In this document: positions 35,206 to 42,506 of the stretch, in pieces | Layout of the letters: each line of letters opens with the position of its first letter | Position numbering within the stretch: the first letter of the stretch is position 1 | Source of the DNA: Candidatus Shapirobacteria bacterium | Lineage (GTDB): Bacteria > Patescibacteriota > Microgenomatia > UBA12405 > UBA6130 | Direction: 5' to 3' | Length of the DNA: 62,517 nucleotides | Assembly (NCBI GenBank): GCA_027039485.1 | Contig: JALWDZ010000016.1 | Location: forward strand, 1-62,517 | Notes under the pieces: generated by a model | Database searches by the model: none | What the model was told of the DNA's origin: nothing | Seen by the model: only the letters and a program-made list of their open reading frames with translations | Program-made: the position numbers and the translations under genes

Positions 35206-36209
35206 ATTTTGACTAGCAAGATAGCCAAGCCGCTGGCAATAGGGATGAGGATGTTGTCATTTATTTTATGACCCCTGATTTTTGGTTCACTAAACTCAAA
35301 AAGGGCCGTTACCAAGCTGCCTGATAAGGCTGCTAGCGGGGAAACATAAGGAAGAGCAATTAAAAACGAGGCCCCGGCAGCAGCTAATGTTGCCTCCAGC
35401 CGCTTTTGTTGGGGAGGAAGATGGAAAAACGATCCGACCAGAGCGTTCACCGAATCGCCAACGGCAAGATAAAGAATAGCCGCACTAGCAATTGGCGAGG
35501 GGAAAAGGAGATAGGCCAGAAAGGCACTTAAGGTAAAGAAAAATGGTCCCCAAAGTTGCTGTTTGCCTGATCGTTCAAAATAATTGATCAATAGCCGAAA
35601 TTTATGCGGAAGAATAGGGAAAAGTATTATAATACTACAAATTATAATCAAAAGAAGCAAAAATAACCATTGCATTGGCATTTGGAGGCCCATCAAGGCT
35701 ACTAGGGTAAGGCCATAAAAGAGGTGAAAAATTTTTCGCCGGGCGTTGGCCTTGGCAAAGGAACTGAAATTTTGCCGGTGGCGAGTTAAAAAAATAAGGG
35801 CCCAAAAAATGAGAGTAGCTAGGCTAAAACCGGCAATAATGTCGCGGGGGTAATGGAGGCCAAAGTAAACTCGAGAAAAGGCAATAATTGCCAAGATACT
35901 GAACCAAAGCCAGCTTAGTTTAGGGAAAAGGTAGCTCATTACCCAGGCAAAAAAGGTTGCCAGGCCAGCGTGGAGGGAAGGAAAGCTGTAGTCACTGGGG
36001 ATATTGGTTTTTACCCCCAAAATATGAGGGTTAAGTCGGTAAGGCCGGGGCACGGTGGTTATTTGTTTGGTTAGCTGAACCAAAAAGAGGACGAGGGCGT
36101 TTCCGGCGGTTAAGAAGCCAACTAAGGGCCAATTATTGCGCCAAAAAGCCCAAAGGAATGGAAGAATGACTAAAGCTATTAGAACTAAAGGGGAATTAAG
36201 CCAGGTCAT
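35202..36209 (-). CDS. Fusion: PAP2-family (polyprenyl-diphosphate/phosphatidate) phosphatase with a dolichol/polyprenol-kinase-like CTP-dependent domain
   Basis: The N-terminal half has the PAP2 tripartite motif KQITTVPRP … PSLH … SRVYFGLHYPRD. The C-terminal half has AVGDSVNALVG and NDNILIPIASG, reminiscent of the dolichol-kinase/phytol-kinase family. Confidence 0.6.
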   Translation of the reverse strand: MTWLNSPLVLIALVILPFLWAFWRNNWPLVGFLTAGNALVLFLVQLTKQITTVPRPYRLNPHILGVKTNIPSDYSFPSLHAGLATFFAWVMSYLFPKLSWLWFSILAIIAFSRVYFGLHYPRDIIAGFSLATLIFWALIFLTRHRQNFSSFAKANARRKIFHLFYGLTLVALMGLQMPMQWLFLLLLIIICSIIILFPILPHKFRLLINYFERSGKQQLWGPFFFTLSAFLAYLLFPSPIASAAILYLAVGDSVNALVGSFFHLPPQQKRLEATLAAAGASFLIALPYVSPLAALSGSLVTALFEFSEPKIRGHKINDNILIPIASGLAILLVKI

Positions 36210-36892
36210 TTCTTAATTTTGATATGCTGTCGCCGCCATTGGTAAATTTGTTGGTGGTTGCCGGAAAGAAGAACTTTTGGGACTTTCCAGCCCTGAAAAT
36301 TTGCTGGCCGGGTATATTGGGGATATTCCAGAAGCGCGGCTGTTTTTTGCCCTTTTATTTTTTCGAGCCCCGGTGAAAATGACTCCATTTGCCAGGCCGT
36401 TTCTGTTTTAAGGACGCCAGGCAAGAGGCGGTTAACAACATCCACCAAAACCATGGCGGCCAGTTCCCCTCCAGAAAGGATATAGTTGCCAATGGAAATG
36501 TCTTCGTTTACCAGGTGAAGGCGGATTCTTTCATCAACTCCTTCATAGTGCCCGCAAATTAGAACTAAGCGCGGTAATTGTGCCAATTTTTGGGCTTTTT
36601 GTTGGGTTAAAGTTTTTCCTTTGGCAGAGAGCAAAACAACTTTGGTATTTTTAGATGAGGGAAGAGCTTTTAAGTCTTTTAGGGCGTGGTAAACGGGCTC
36701 GACGCGAAGGATCATACCTGGCCCGCCACCGTAGGGGTGGTCGTCAACGGTGCCATATTTATCTAGTGCCCAGCGGCGGAGATTGTGAATTTCAAGCTGG
36801 AGGATTTTTTTAGAGCGGGCTTTTTTGATCATGCTCCATTCTCGAAAGGGCTCAAAAAGCTCCGGGAAAAGGGTAATAATGTCGATTTTCAT
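36206..36892 (-). CDS. trmD: tRNA (guanine37-N1)-methyltransferase TrmD
   Basis: MKIDIITLFPE start, YGGGPGM loop, and the SPOUT-knot C-terminal half (ISIGNYILSGGE). Confidence 0.95.
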   Translation of the reverse strand: MKIDIITLFPELFEPFREWSMIKKARSKKILQLEIHNLRRWALDKYGTVDDHPYGGGPGMILRVEPVYHALKDLKALPSSKNTKVVLLSAKGKTLTQQKAQKLAQLPRLVLICGHYEGVDERIRLHLVNEDISIGNYILSGGELAAMVLVDVVNRLLPGVLKTETAWQMESFSPGLEKIKGQKTAALLEYPQYTRPANFQGWKVPKVLLSGNHQQIYQWRRQHIKIKK

Positions 36893-36974
36893 TTTGCCTT
36901 ATATTAGCAAATTTAGAATGAGGAAGAAAATTATGAAGATAATTAAAACAGCAATGATGATATAATTAAGGCAA

Positions 36975-37047
36975 CGGGGATTGGCGCAATTGGTAGCGCG
37001 CACGATTCGGGTTCGTGAGGCTGGCGGTTCGAATCCGCCATCCCCGA
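36975..37047 (+). tRNA. tRNA-Pro (anticodon CGG), CCA not encoded
   Basis: Manual cloverleaf: acceptor CGGGGAT/ATCCCCG, D arm GCGC-AATTGGTA-GCGC, anticodon arm CACGA-TTCGGGT-TCGTG (G37 after G36), T arm GGCGG-TTCGAAT-CCGCC, discriminator A. Confidence 0.9.
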
Positions 37048-37062
37048 CTAGAAATATATACC

Positions 37063-37301
37063 TTAAATTCCAAATTTCAAGCACCAAATCACAAACCTGC
37101 CCCGACGTAATGTCGGGGCAAATCCTAAATCCTAATGACCCAAATCCTAAACAAATCCAAATTATCTAATGATCAAATGACCAAAACAAAAGAAAGATAA
37201 TAAAGATGTTTTGAACATTTGAATTTTGAACATTTGATATTGTTTAGGATTTAGAATTTTGGTAATTAGAATTTGCCTGTCCCGACGTTCGTCGGGGCAG
37301 G
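37063..37301. repeat. Long low-complexity hairpin element, copy D, flanked by CCCCGACG…CGTCGGGG hairpins
   Basis: cctgccccgacgtaatgtcggggca, then aatcctaaatcctaatgacccaaatcctaaacaaatcc… mirrored by …tgaacatttgatattgtttaggatttagaattttgg, then cctgtcccgacgttcgtcggggcagg. The left end is the reverse complement of the right end of copy B. Confidence 0.75.
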
Positions 37302-37319
37302 TGTTATACTTGCTTGACG

Positions 37320-38096
37320 ATGGCTACTGATTCTGATGTTGAAGTTTTAACTTTAAACCAAATAAAAGCCGGCCGGGCAATAGCAAGAGCTTTTCCTAGG
37401 AAGAAAAATTTAGAGCACTCTTTATGTTTGTTAGCTGCGGCAGGCACGGCGCTTAATTTTATTTTTCAAAGGCGCCTTATCAACGAAACAGAGGCCGACG
37501 GAGGACTTTCTTTAGAAAAAATATACCAGGTTCTCTTGCCGCTTAATGGCCGGTTTGCTAATTCTAAGCTGCCGCGTGGTTTTCTTTTGACCGATGCCCT
37601 AGGCAATATGTACCACCATGTGGTAATAGCTTTGGCCAATGCTTTAGGTTTGGAAGGCATTTCGGTAGGCAATGTTACTAGCTTAAGTTCTTTAAAGCCA
37701 TATATCCAGCCGGGAAAAAAGGCTGTGATAGTTTCTTTGAGAAATGATTTTATTTGGGAACAAACTTTAAAAATGCAGCTGCCTAAAACATTGAATTGGC
37801 GAAAGGGAAGGCATATAGTTGCTATTTTAGGGTTTAGCGGGAACAAGGTAACAATTGCCGACTCTTTTAATTGGCGGCAGCCTGAAAAGAGAAGAGGGGT
37901 GGTGGTGCAGTTACCGCTAAACGTAGCAGAATCTTATTTAAAAGATGAGTCTAATCGCGCTAATCAGGCTATTATTTTTAGCCGCGACATTTTAGGAAAC
38001 TTGCCCTTTAGGCAGAATAATATTTTTATTCCCCCGGAAGTTATTGCCCACCTCCAAAAAACCCTTAATTTAGAGAGGTTTGAAAGGAAAGTTTAG
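37320..38096 (+). CDS. Hypothetical protein, possibly a papain-like (C39-like) fold
   Basis: 258 aa with no signal peptide. EHSLCLLAAAGTALNF and GRHIVAILGFSGNKVTIADSF loosely resemble the Cys/His boxes of the ftsX-linked peptidase. TGtTATACT (37302-37310) lies 9 nt before the ATG. Confidence 0.35.
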   Translation: MATDSDVEVLTLNQIKAGRAIARAFPRKKNLEHSLCLLAAAGTALNFIFQRRLINETEADGGLSLEKIYQVLLPLNGRFANSKLPRGFLLTDALGNMYHHVVIALANALGLEGISVGNVTSLSSLKPYIQPGKKAVIVSLRNDFIWEQTLKMQLPKTLNWRKGRHIVAILGFSGNKVTIADSFNWRQPEKRRGVVVQLPLNVAESYLKDESNRANQAIIFSRDILGNLPFRQNNIFIPPEVIAHLQKTLNLERFERKV

Positions 38097-39191
38097 GTTT
38101 GGCTGGCGGTCGAGCAAATTAATATTTTTAACAAATTCGCCTTTTTGGGCTTTGAAAAATGCCGCGATGCCGATCATGGCGGCGTTATCCCCAATGAGGC
38201 GGCGCGAAAAAGGAACAAAAACGGGCACTTGATACTTCTTAGCGACCAGGCGTATTTGCTGGCGAACATAAAGGTTATTAATAACCCCACCGCCGAGAAA
38301 AATTTGCTTGGGGCGGTAAGTTTCTAGGGCTCTTTTTAATTTAATAGTGATTGCTTTAGCTAGAGTTGCCTGAAAGTCAGCGGCAAAATCGGCCAGAAAC
38401 TGGCGGTCTTTTTCCTTTTTGGGGATGGCTCGTAGTTTGTAGAGGCAGGCTGTTTTTAATCCCGAGAAACTAAAGTTCAGTGAGGAATCGCGAGCCATGG
38501 GAACTGGTAATTGGAAGTGGCGGGGATTGCCTTGGCGAGCTAACTCTTCAATGATTGGGCCGCCGGGATAGCCAAGGTCAAGCATCTTCGCTACCTTGTC
38601 GAATGCCTCGCCGGCAGCGTCGTCAAGAGTCTCGCCTAAAAGTTGATAGTCACCTATTTTTTTGACTAAAACCAGCTGGGTATGCCCGCCAGAAATAAGC
38701 AAACCAAGGGTGGGCATTTTTTTTATTGACGGTTCTCCTTTGGGAACGTGCGCTTTAGCATTTTGCGCCAAAGGCGAAAGTAGATGGCCCTCCATGTGAT
38801 TTACGGCGATGAGTGGTATCCGATGTTTTTTGGCTAATTCTTTAGCTTTTTTAATCCCTACTTCAAGGGCAATGGCTAATCCTGGGCCTTGGGTTACGGC
38901 AATAGCGTCAATTGTCTTCCAGTTAATTCGCCAAGGCAGCCGAAAACGCTTGCTGTTGGCATTGGCTCTGGCCAGGGCTAATTGGATAACTTCTCCCAGA
39001 TGCTTTTGGTGTTCTTTCCGGGCTAGGTCGGGCACCACACCTCCCCAGGGACGGTGGACATCGACTTGGGACCAGATAATATTGCTTAAGACCCTTCGCC
39101 CAACAGTCACCGCCGCCGCCGTTTCGTCGCAAGAAGTGTCGATAGAAAGGATTTTGTAGCTGCCTCGGTGGTTTATATTTTGCCTAGCCAT
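38070..39191 (-). CDS. tsaD: tRNA N6-adenosine threonylcarbamoyltransferase TsaD
   Basis: ILSIDTSCDETAAAV, metal-binding AVNHMEGH, GGVINN. The start is taken as ATG 39191; the track ORF extends into the repeat region up to 39236. Confidence 0.9.
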   Translation of the reverse strand: MARQNINHRGSYKILSIDTSCDETAAAVTVGRRVLSNIIWSQVDVHRPWGGVVPDLARKEHQKHLGEVIQLALARANANSKRFRLPWRINWKTIDAIAVTQGPGLAIALEVGIKKAKELAKKHRIPLIAVNHMEGHLLSPLAQNAKAHVPKGEPSIKKMPTLGLLISGGHTQLVLVKKIGDYQLLGETLDDAAGEAFDKVAKMLDLGYPGGPIIEELARQGNPRHFQLPVPMARDSSLNFSFSGLKTACLYKLRAIPKKEKDRQFLADFAADFQATLAKAITIKLKRALETYRPKQIFLGGGVINNLYVRQQIRLVAKKYQVPVFVPFSRRLIGDNAAMIGIAAFFKAQKGEFVKNINLLDRQPNLNFPFKPL

Positions 39192-39244
39192 AGGTTCATT
39201 TATTTTATCATTAGGCGCCGGATCTCGAACGAACACCCTCCCGC

Positions 39245-39383
39245 GTCATCCTGAACCTGCCCCGATGTCTGTCGGGGCGGGTTTCAGGATCTTCAGGGGG
39301 TGGTAGGCCAACCATGTAAATCAAACACCCAGCTGAAGATTCTGAACCCCCTCCGACGTAACGTCGGAGGGTTTCAGAATGAC
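39245..39383. repeat. GC-rich hairpin-module element bounded by GTCATCCTGA / TCAGAATGAC, copy 2 (three consecutive hairpins)
   Basis: atcctgaacctgccccgatgtctgtcggggcgggtttcaggat; cttcaggggg…cccagctgaag; attctgaaccccctccgacgtaacgtcggagggtttcagaat. Confidence 0.7.
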
Positions 39384-39591
39384 GGGGAAGACAGATCGGA
39401 TATGCCTGAACCATGATTTTTCCCGCTTAGCTTCTGCCTTTAGGGATTCTCATTCTATTAAACTAAAGGAGAAATATTCGTTTGAAACTTGACGGTTAAG
39501 CACTTTGTGTGGAGTTATCCTCTTTTGCTGGGGTTACCCTGGAGACGGGCGTGCAATTGGCCACTTCTCCCTTTTTTGCTATAATCATCTT

Positions 39592-39885
39592 ATGATAGAC
39601 AGAAAGCAAATCATTAAAAAAATTTCTTCCCAGAAAGTCTTTTTGGCAAACAAGTATTTTGTCAAAGAGATTGGTGTTTTTGGCTCAGTGGCTAGAGGTG
39701 AACAAAGAGCCAGCAGTGATGTGGATATTTTAGTTAATTTTGCTAAACCTATTAGCTTGTTTGACTTTATTCGCTTAGAAAATTATCTTTCTTCCTTATT
39801 AGGAGTTAAAGTTGATCTTGTTTCTAAAACTGGTCTTAAACATGCCATTAAAAATGAAATTTTAAATCAAACTATTTATGTTTAG
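39592..39885 (+). CDS. Nucleotidyltransferase (MNT/MntA-type antitoxin)
   Basis: GVFGSVARGEQRASSDVDILV (GSxxRG…DxD). ATG 39592 lies 6 nt after TATAAT (39580-39585). The longer track ORF starts at 39505. Confidence 0.8.
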   Translation: MIDRKQIIKKISSQKVFLANKYFVKEIGVFGSVARGEQRASSDVDILVNFAKPISLFDFIRLENYLSSLLGVKVDLVSKTGLKHAIKNEILNQTIYV

Positions 39886-39955
39886 AAATATTGACGTATA
39901 TCTTGATGATATTTGGGAATCGATTCGTAAAATCGAGACGCAAGTTGAGAGTTAA
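39878..39955 (+). pseudogene. Truncated HEPN/DUF86 (HepT-type toxin) remnant, 25 codons
   Basis: The ATG overlaps the MNT stop (ATGTTTAG), as in intact MNT-HEPN pairs. MFRNIDVYLDDIWESIRKIETQVES matches the DUF86 N-terminus (YLxDIxxxIxxIE) but stops before any Rx4H motif. Confidence 0.6.
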
Positions 39956-40066
39956 TTACTACGAAGCGCAGATTATCATAAGTAGTGAAAATAGTTGTTC
40001 AATTTGATTGAGTTTAATCTTATGGAGTATAATGCTTTATATTAAAATAAATAGAAACTTGATATC

Positions 40067-40525
40067 TTGTTGAAAATTATGATTGTTCACATCTTTATTA
40101 CGATACTTTTATATCTTGTTTTAATGTCAATAAGTGCAACTTTATTAGGTATTTTGGTCAGAAGCTTTTTCGTTGGGTCAAGTTTTAACAATAAAGAGAT
40201 AGGCAATAACAAATATATTAAACGAGAGATAAGAAAATACAAGCATATCGGCGGATGGACAGGTATTGTAGCGCTGTTTTTAATATTTGCTTATTTTTAT
40301 ACAACTTTCTATTTTTGGAACATAGGGGTGACCATGGTGGCTTTAGTGATTATGCTGGGAAGATTGCCGGATCTATTATGGGAAATAAAATCTGGTCGTT
40401 TGTTAAAAGGAATGACGTTTGGTCAGGCGAAGTCCATATTGCCAAATAATAGGTGGGCTCTTATTGTCAATTTCTTAGTTTGGGCTTCTCTTCCAGCTTT
40501 ATATTTTTTTCTTTATCTTTTTTAG
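40067..40525 (+). CDS. Hypothetical polytopic membrane protein in an AT-rich island
   Basis: 152-aa ORF with four hydrophobic segments. Local G+C is about 27-30% by hand sample. No family recognised. Confidence 0.4.
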   Translation: MLKIMIVHIFITILLYLVLMSISATLLGILVRSFFVGSSFNNKEIGNNKYIKREIRKYKHIGGWTGIVALFLIFAYFYTTFYFWNIGVTMVALVIMLGRLPDLLWEIKSGRLLKGMTFGQAKSILPNNRWALIVNFLVWASLPALYFFLYLF

Positions 40526-40562
40526 AGGTGGGCTTTTATTTGAAAAACGAAAATAGGGCAAG

Positions 40563-40838
40563 ATGTTAGAGAAAAAAGAGGATGCGCAGACCACGTTTTT
40601 TAAAACTCTTACTTGGTATTTTAGCAGGAAGCAAACACCAATAGGATTTTTCCGCACGATCGGTGATATTAGAGATAAGCTGCAAGAGTTGAACAAAATT
40701 TTAGATGAGGCAAATCAGTCACAAGATAGATTAACTTCCGCATTAAATAAGATTACCCTTTGGGGTGTTATTATTGCTGCTGCAACCCTAGCGTGGTCAA
40801 TGGTAGAATTTTTCCTAAGTAGGGTTATACTAAGGTAG
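40563..40838 (+). CDS. Hypothetical tail-anchored small protein in an AT-rich island
   Basis: 91 aa, with a predicted helical N-terminal part and a C-terminal TM (LWGVIIAAATLAWSMVEFFL). Confidence 0.35.
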   Translation: MLEKKEDAQTTFFKTLTWYFSRKQTPIGFFRTIGDIRDKLQELNKILDEANQSQDRLTSALNKITLWGVIIAAATLAWSMVEFFLSRVILR

Positions 40839-40914
40839 AATTGGCAAGAGTGAAGCCAAAAAAATACAAGGATTAGGAAATCTTTTTGGTAATTATTTGT
40901 ATAGCAACAAATAT

Positions 40915-40934
40915 AAATAAATAAATAAATAAAT
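40915..40934. repeat. (AAAT)5 microsatellite
   Basis: Five perfect tandem aaat units just upstream of the HIT gene. Confidence 0.8.
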
Positions 40935-40963
40935 AAAATGAAATGTTTGCTAGATTGTTTTAA

Positions 40964-41386
40964 ATGACCAATTGCGTTTTTTGTAAAATTGTTGCCGGAG
41001 AGCTTCCTTGTTTCAAGATTTATGAAGATGAGCATTTTTTGGCCTTTTTAGACATTAATCCCTGGGTGGAAGGCCATACTTTGGTTATCCCCAAAAAGCA
41101 TTACCGTTGGGTTTGGGATTTGCCCAGTAAGGAGACGGCGCGGCCAGGCGAACCGACGATAGAGGAGTACTTTGCTGTGGTCCATAAAATCGCTAATCAT
41201 TACCGCCAAGTTTTAGGGACGGAATTTGTGATGAGTTGGGTTTATGGTTGGGATGTCCCCCACGCCCATATCCACCTTTTTCCGGCCTCGCGGGGCAAAA
41301 TTGCTTTTTATCCCAAGCAAAAACTTCCCGGACTTTCTCCCGAAAAAGGCCGCCAATTAGCAGAGAGGCTAAAGGTAGAGAATTAG
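40964..41386 (+). CDS. HIT-family (histidine triad) nucleotide hydrolase/transferase
   Basis: CVFCKI, GHTLVIPKKHY, and the histidine triad HAHIHLFP. Confidence 0.9.
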   Translation: MTNCVFCKIVAGELPCFKIYEDEHFLAFLDINPWVEGHTLVIPKKHYRWVWDLPSKETARPGEPTIEEYFAVVHKIANHYRQVLGTEFVMSWVYGWDVPHAHIHLFPASRGKIAFYPKQKLPGLSPEKGRQLAERLKVEN

Positions 41387-42468
41387 TCTGTAAAGTGAAT
41401 CCGGCGGCGGCGGGGGCCGAGATGCCTGATGTCAACCCAAACAATTTTTACTTGCTGATTCTTAGCTAAGTTTTCCAGGAAATGCTTCCCCTTTTGGATC
41501 CACTCAATGGCGATAACATTGCCGGGGCGAAGATAGTCGGTGAGAAAATTAAGGTTTTCTTGCCGGCCGGCAATCCGCCAGGCATCAATATGGTAAAAAG
41601 TGCCCTTTAACTTCCCCGATTTATAGGGATATTCTTTGGTAATAATGAAAGTGGGTGAGGTAATAGGTTGGGTGATGTTCAAAGCTTGGCCTAATCCCTT
41701 GGCAAATTGGGTTTTGCCAGCCCCAAGTTCCCCTTGAAGAGCAAATAGGAGTGTTTTCTGCTCCAGGATATGGAAATGTTTTTTGAGAAGATGACGGGCC
41801 AATTTTTGGGTTTCCTCGGGAGAATTGGTGATCACGCTTTTGGTGCCTAATTCAGCCAAATCAACTTTGCCCTGCCGCAGGATAGTTGGTTCATTGAGAG
41901 TGGTATCCACTACTGCTGAAGGAGGTCGCGGCGGCAAACGGCCAGAGTCAATAATATAGTCAACTAAATTTTGCTTTTTAGGAGAGAGCTGGCCTAGAAT
42001 ATCATCGATTGTGTAGGGGATTTTTCCGCCGCTAGTATTGGCGGCCGTGGCAGTGATGGGCTTACCGAAGGCAGCAATAAGTTCTTGGGCAAGAGGATAA
42101 GCAGGAATACGAACGCCTAGCGTTTTGTTTTTAGCCTCCAAGCGGGAATCGACCTTGCCCCGGCTGAAAGAAATTACAGTGATGGGGCCGGGAAGAAGAT
42201 TCTGGTAAATGTTTTTGGCAGTGGCGTTTATTTCGACATAACGTTTGGCCATGGTTAAATTGGCAACGGCTATCGAAATTGGCCCCGGCCGGCGTTGGCT
42301 TTTAAAAGCTAAAATTTTATCCACGGCTTTGGGGTTGGTAGCATCTCCTCCCAGGCCGTAGCAAGTTTCGGTGGGATAGACTACAATGCCGCCGTTTTTT
42401 AGGCTTTGAATTATCTTGTCTTTAGCGGAGGGGCCCTTGGCTAAATTTTTGGCGGAAACTATTTTCAT
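41383..42468 (-). CDS. Fusion of L-threonylcarbamoyladenylate synthase (TsaC/YrdC domain) and t6A ATPase TsaE (YjeE)
   Basis: The N-terminal half has PTETCYGLG, LLPGPITVI, GVRIP, TATAANTSG and PSAVVDTT. The C-terminal half has the P-loop GELGAGKTQFAKGLG, SPTFII and YHIDAWRI. Confidence 0.8.
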   Translation of the reverse strand: MKIVSAKNLAKGPSAKDKIIQSLKNGGIVVYPTETCYGLGGDATNPKAVDKILAFKSQRRPGPISIAVANLTMAKRYVEINATAKNIYQNLLPGPITVISFSRGKVDSRLEAKNKTLGVRIPAYPLAQELIAAFGKPITATAANTSGGKIPYTIDDILGQLSPKKQNLVDYIIDSGRLPPRPPSAVVDTTLNEPTILRQGKVDLAELGTKSVITNSPEETQKLARHLLKKHFHILEQKTLLFALQGELGAGKTQFAKGLGQALNITQPITSPTFIITKEYPYKSGKLKGTFYHIDAWRIAGRQENLNFLTDYLRPGNVIAIEWIQKGKHFLENLAKNQQVKIVWVDIRHLGPRRRRIHFTD

Positions 42469-42506
42469 TTTGCAAAATTATACCTTAAGGGGTAAGATGA
42501 AGGAAA

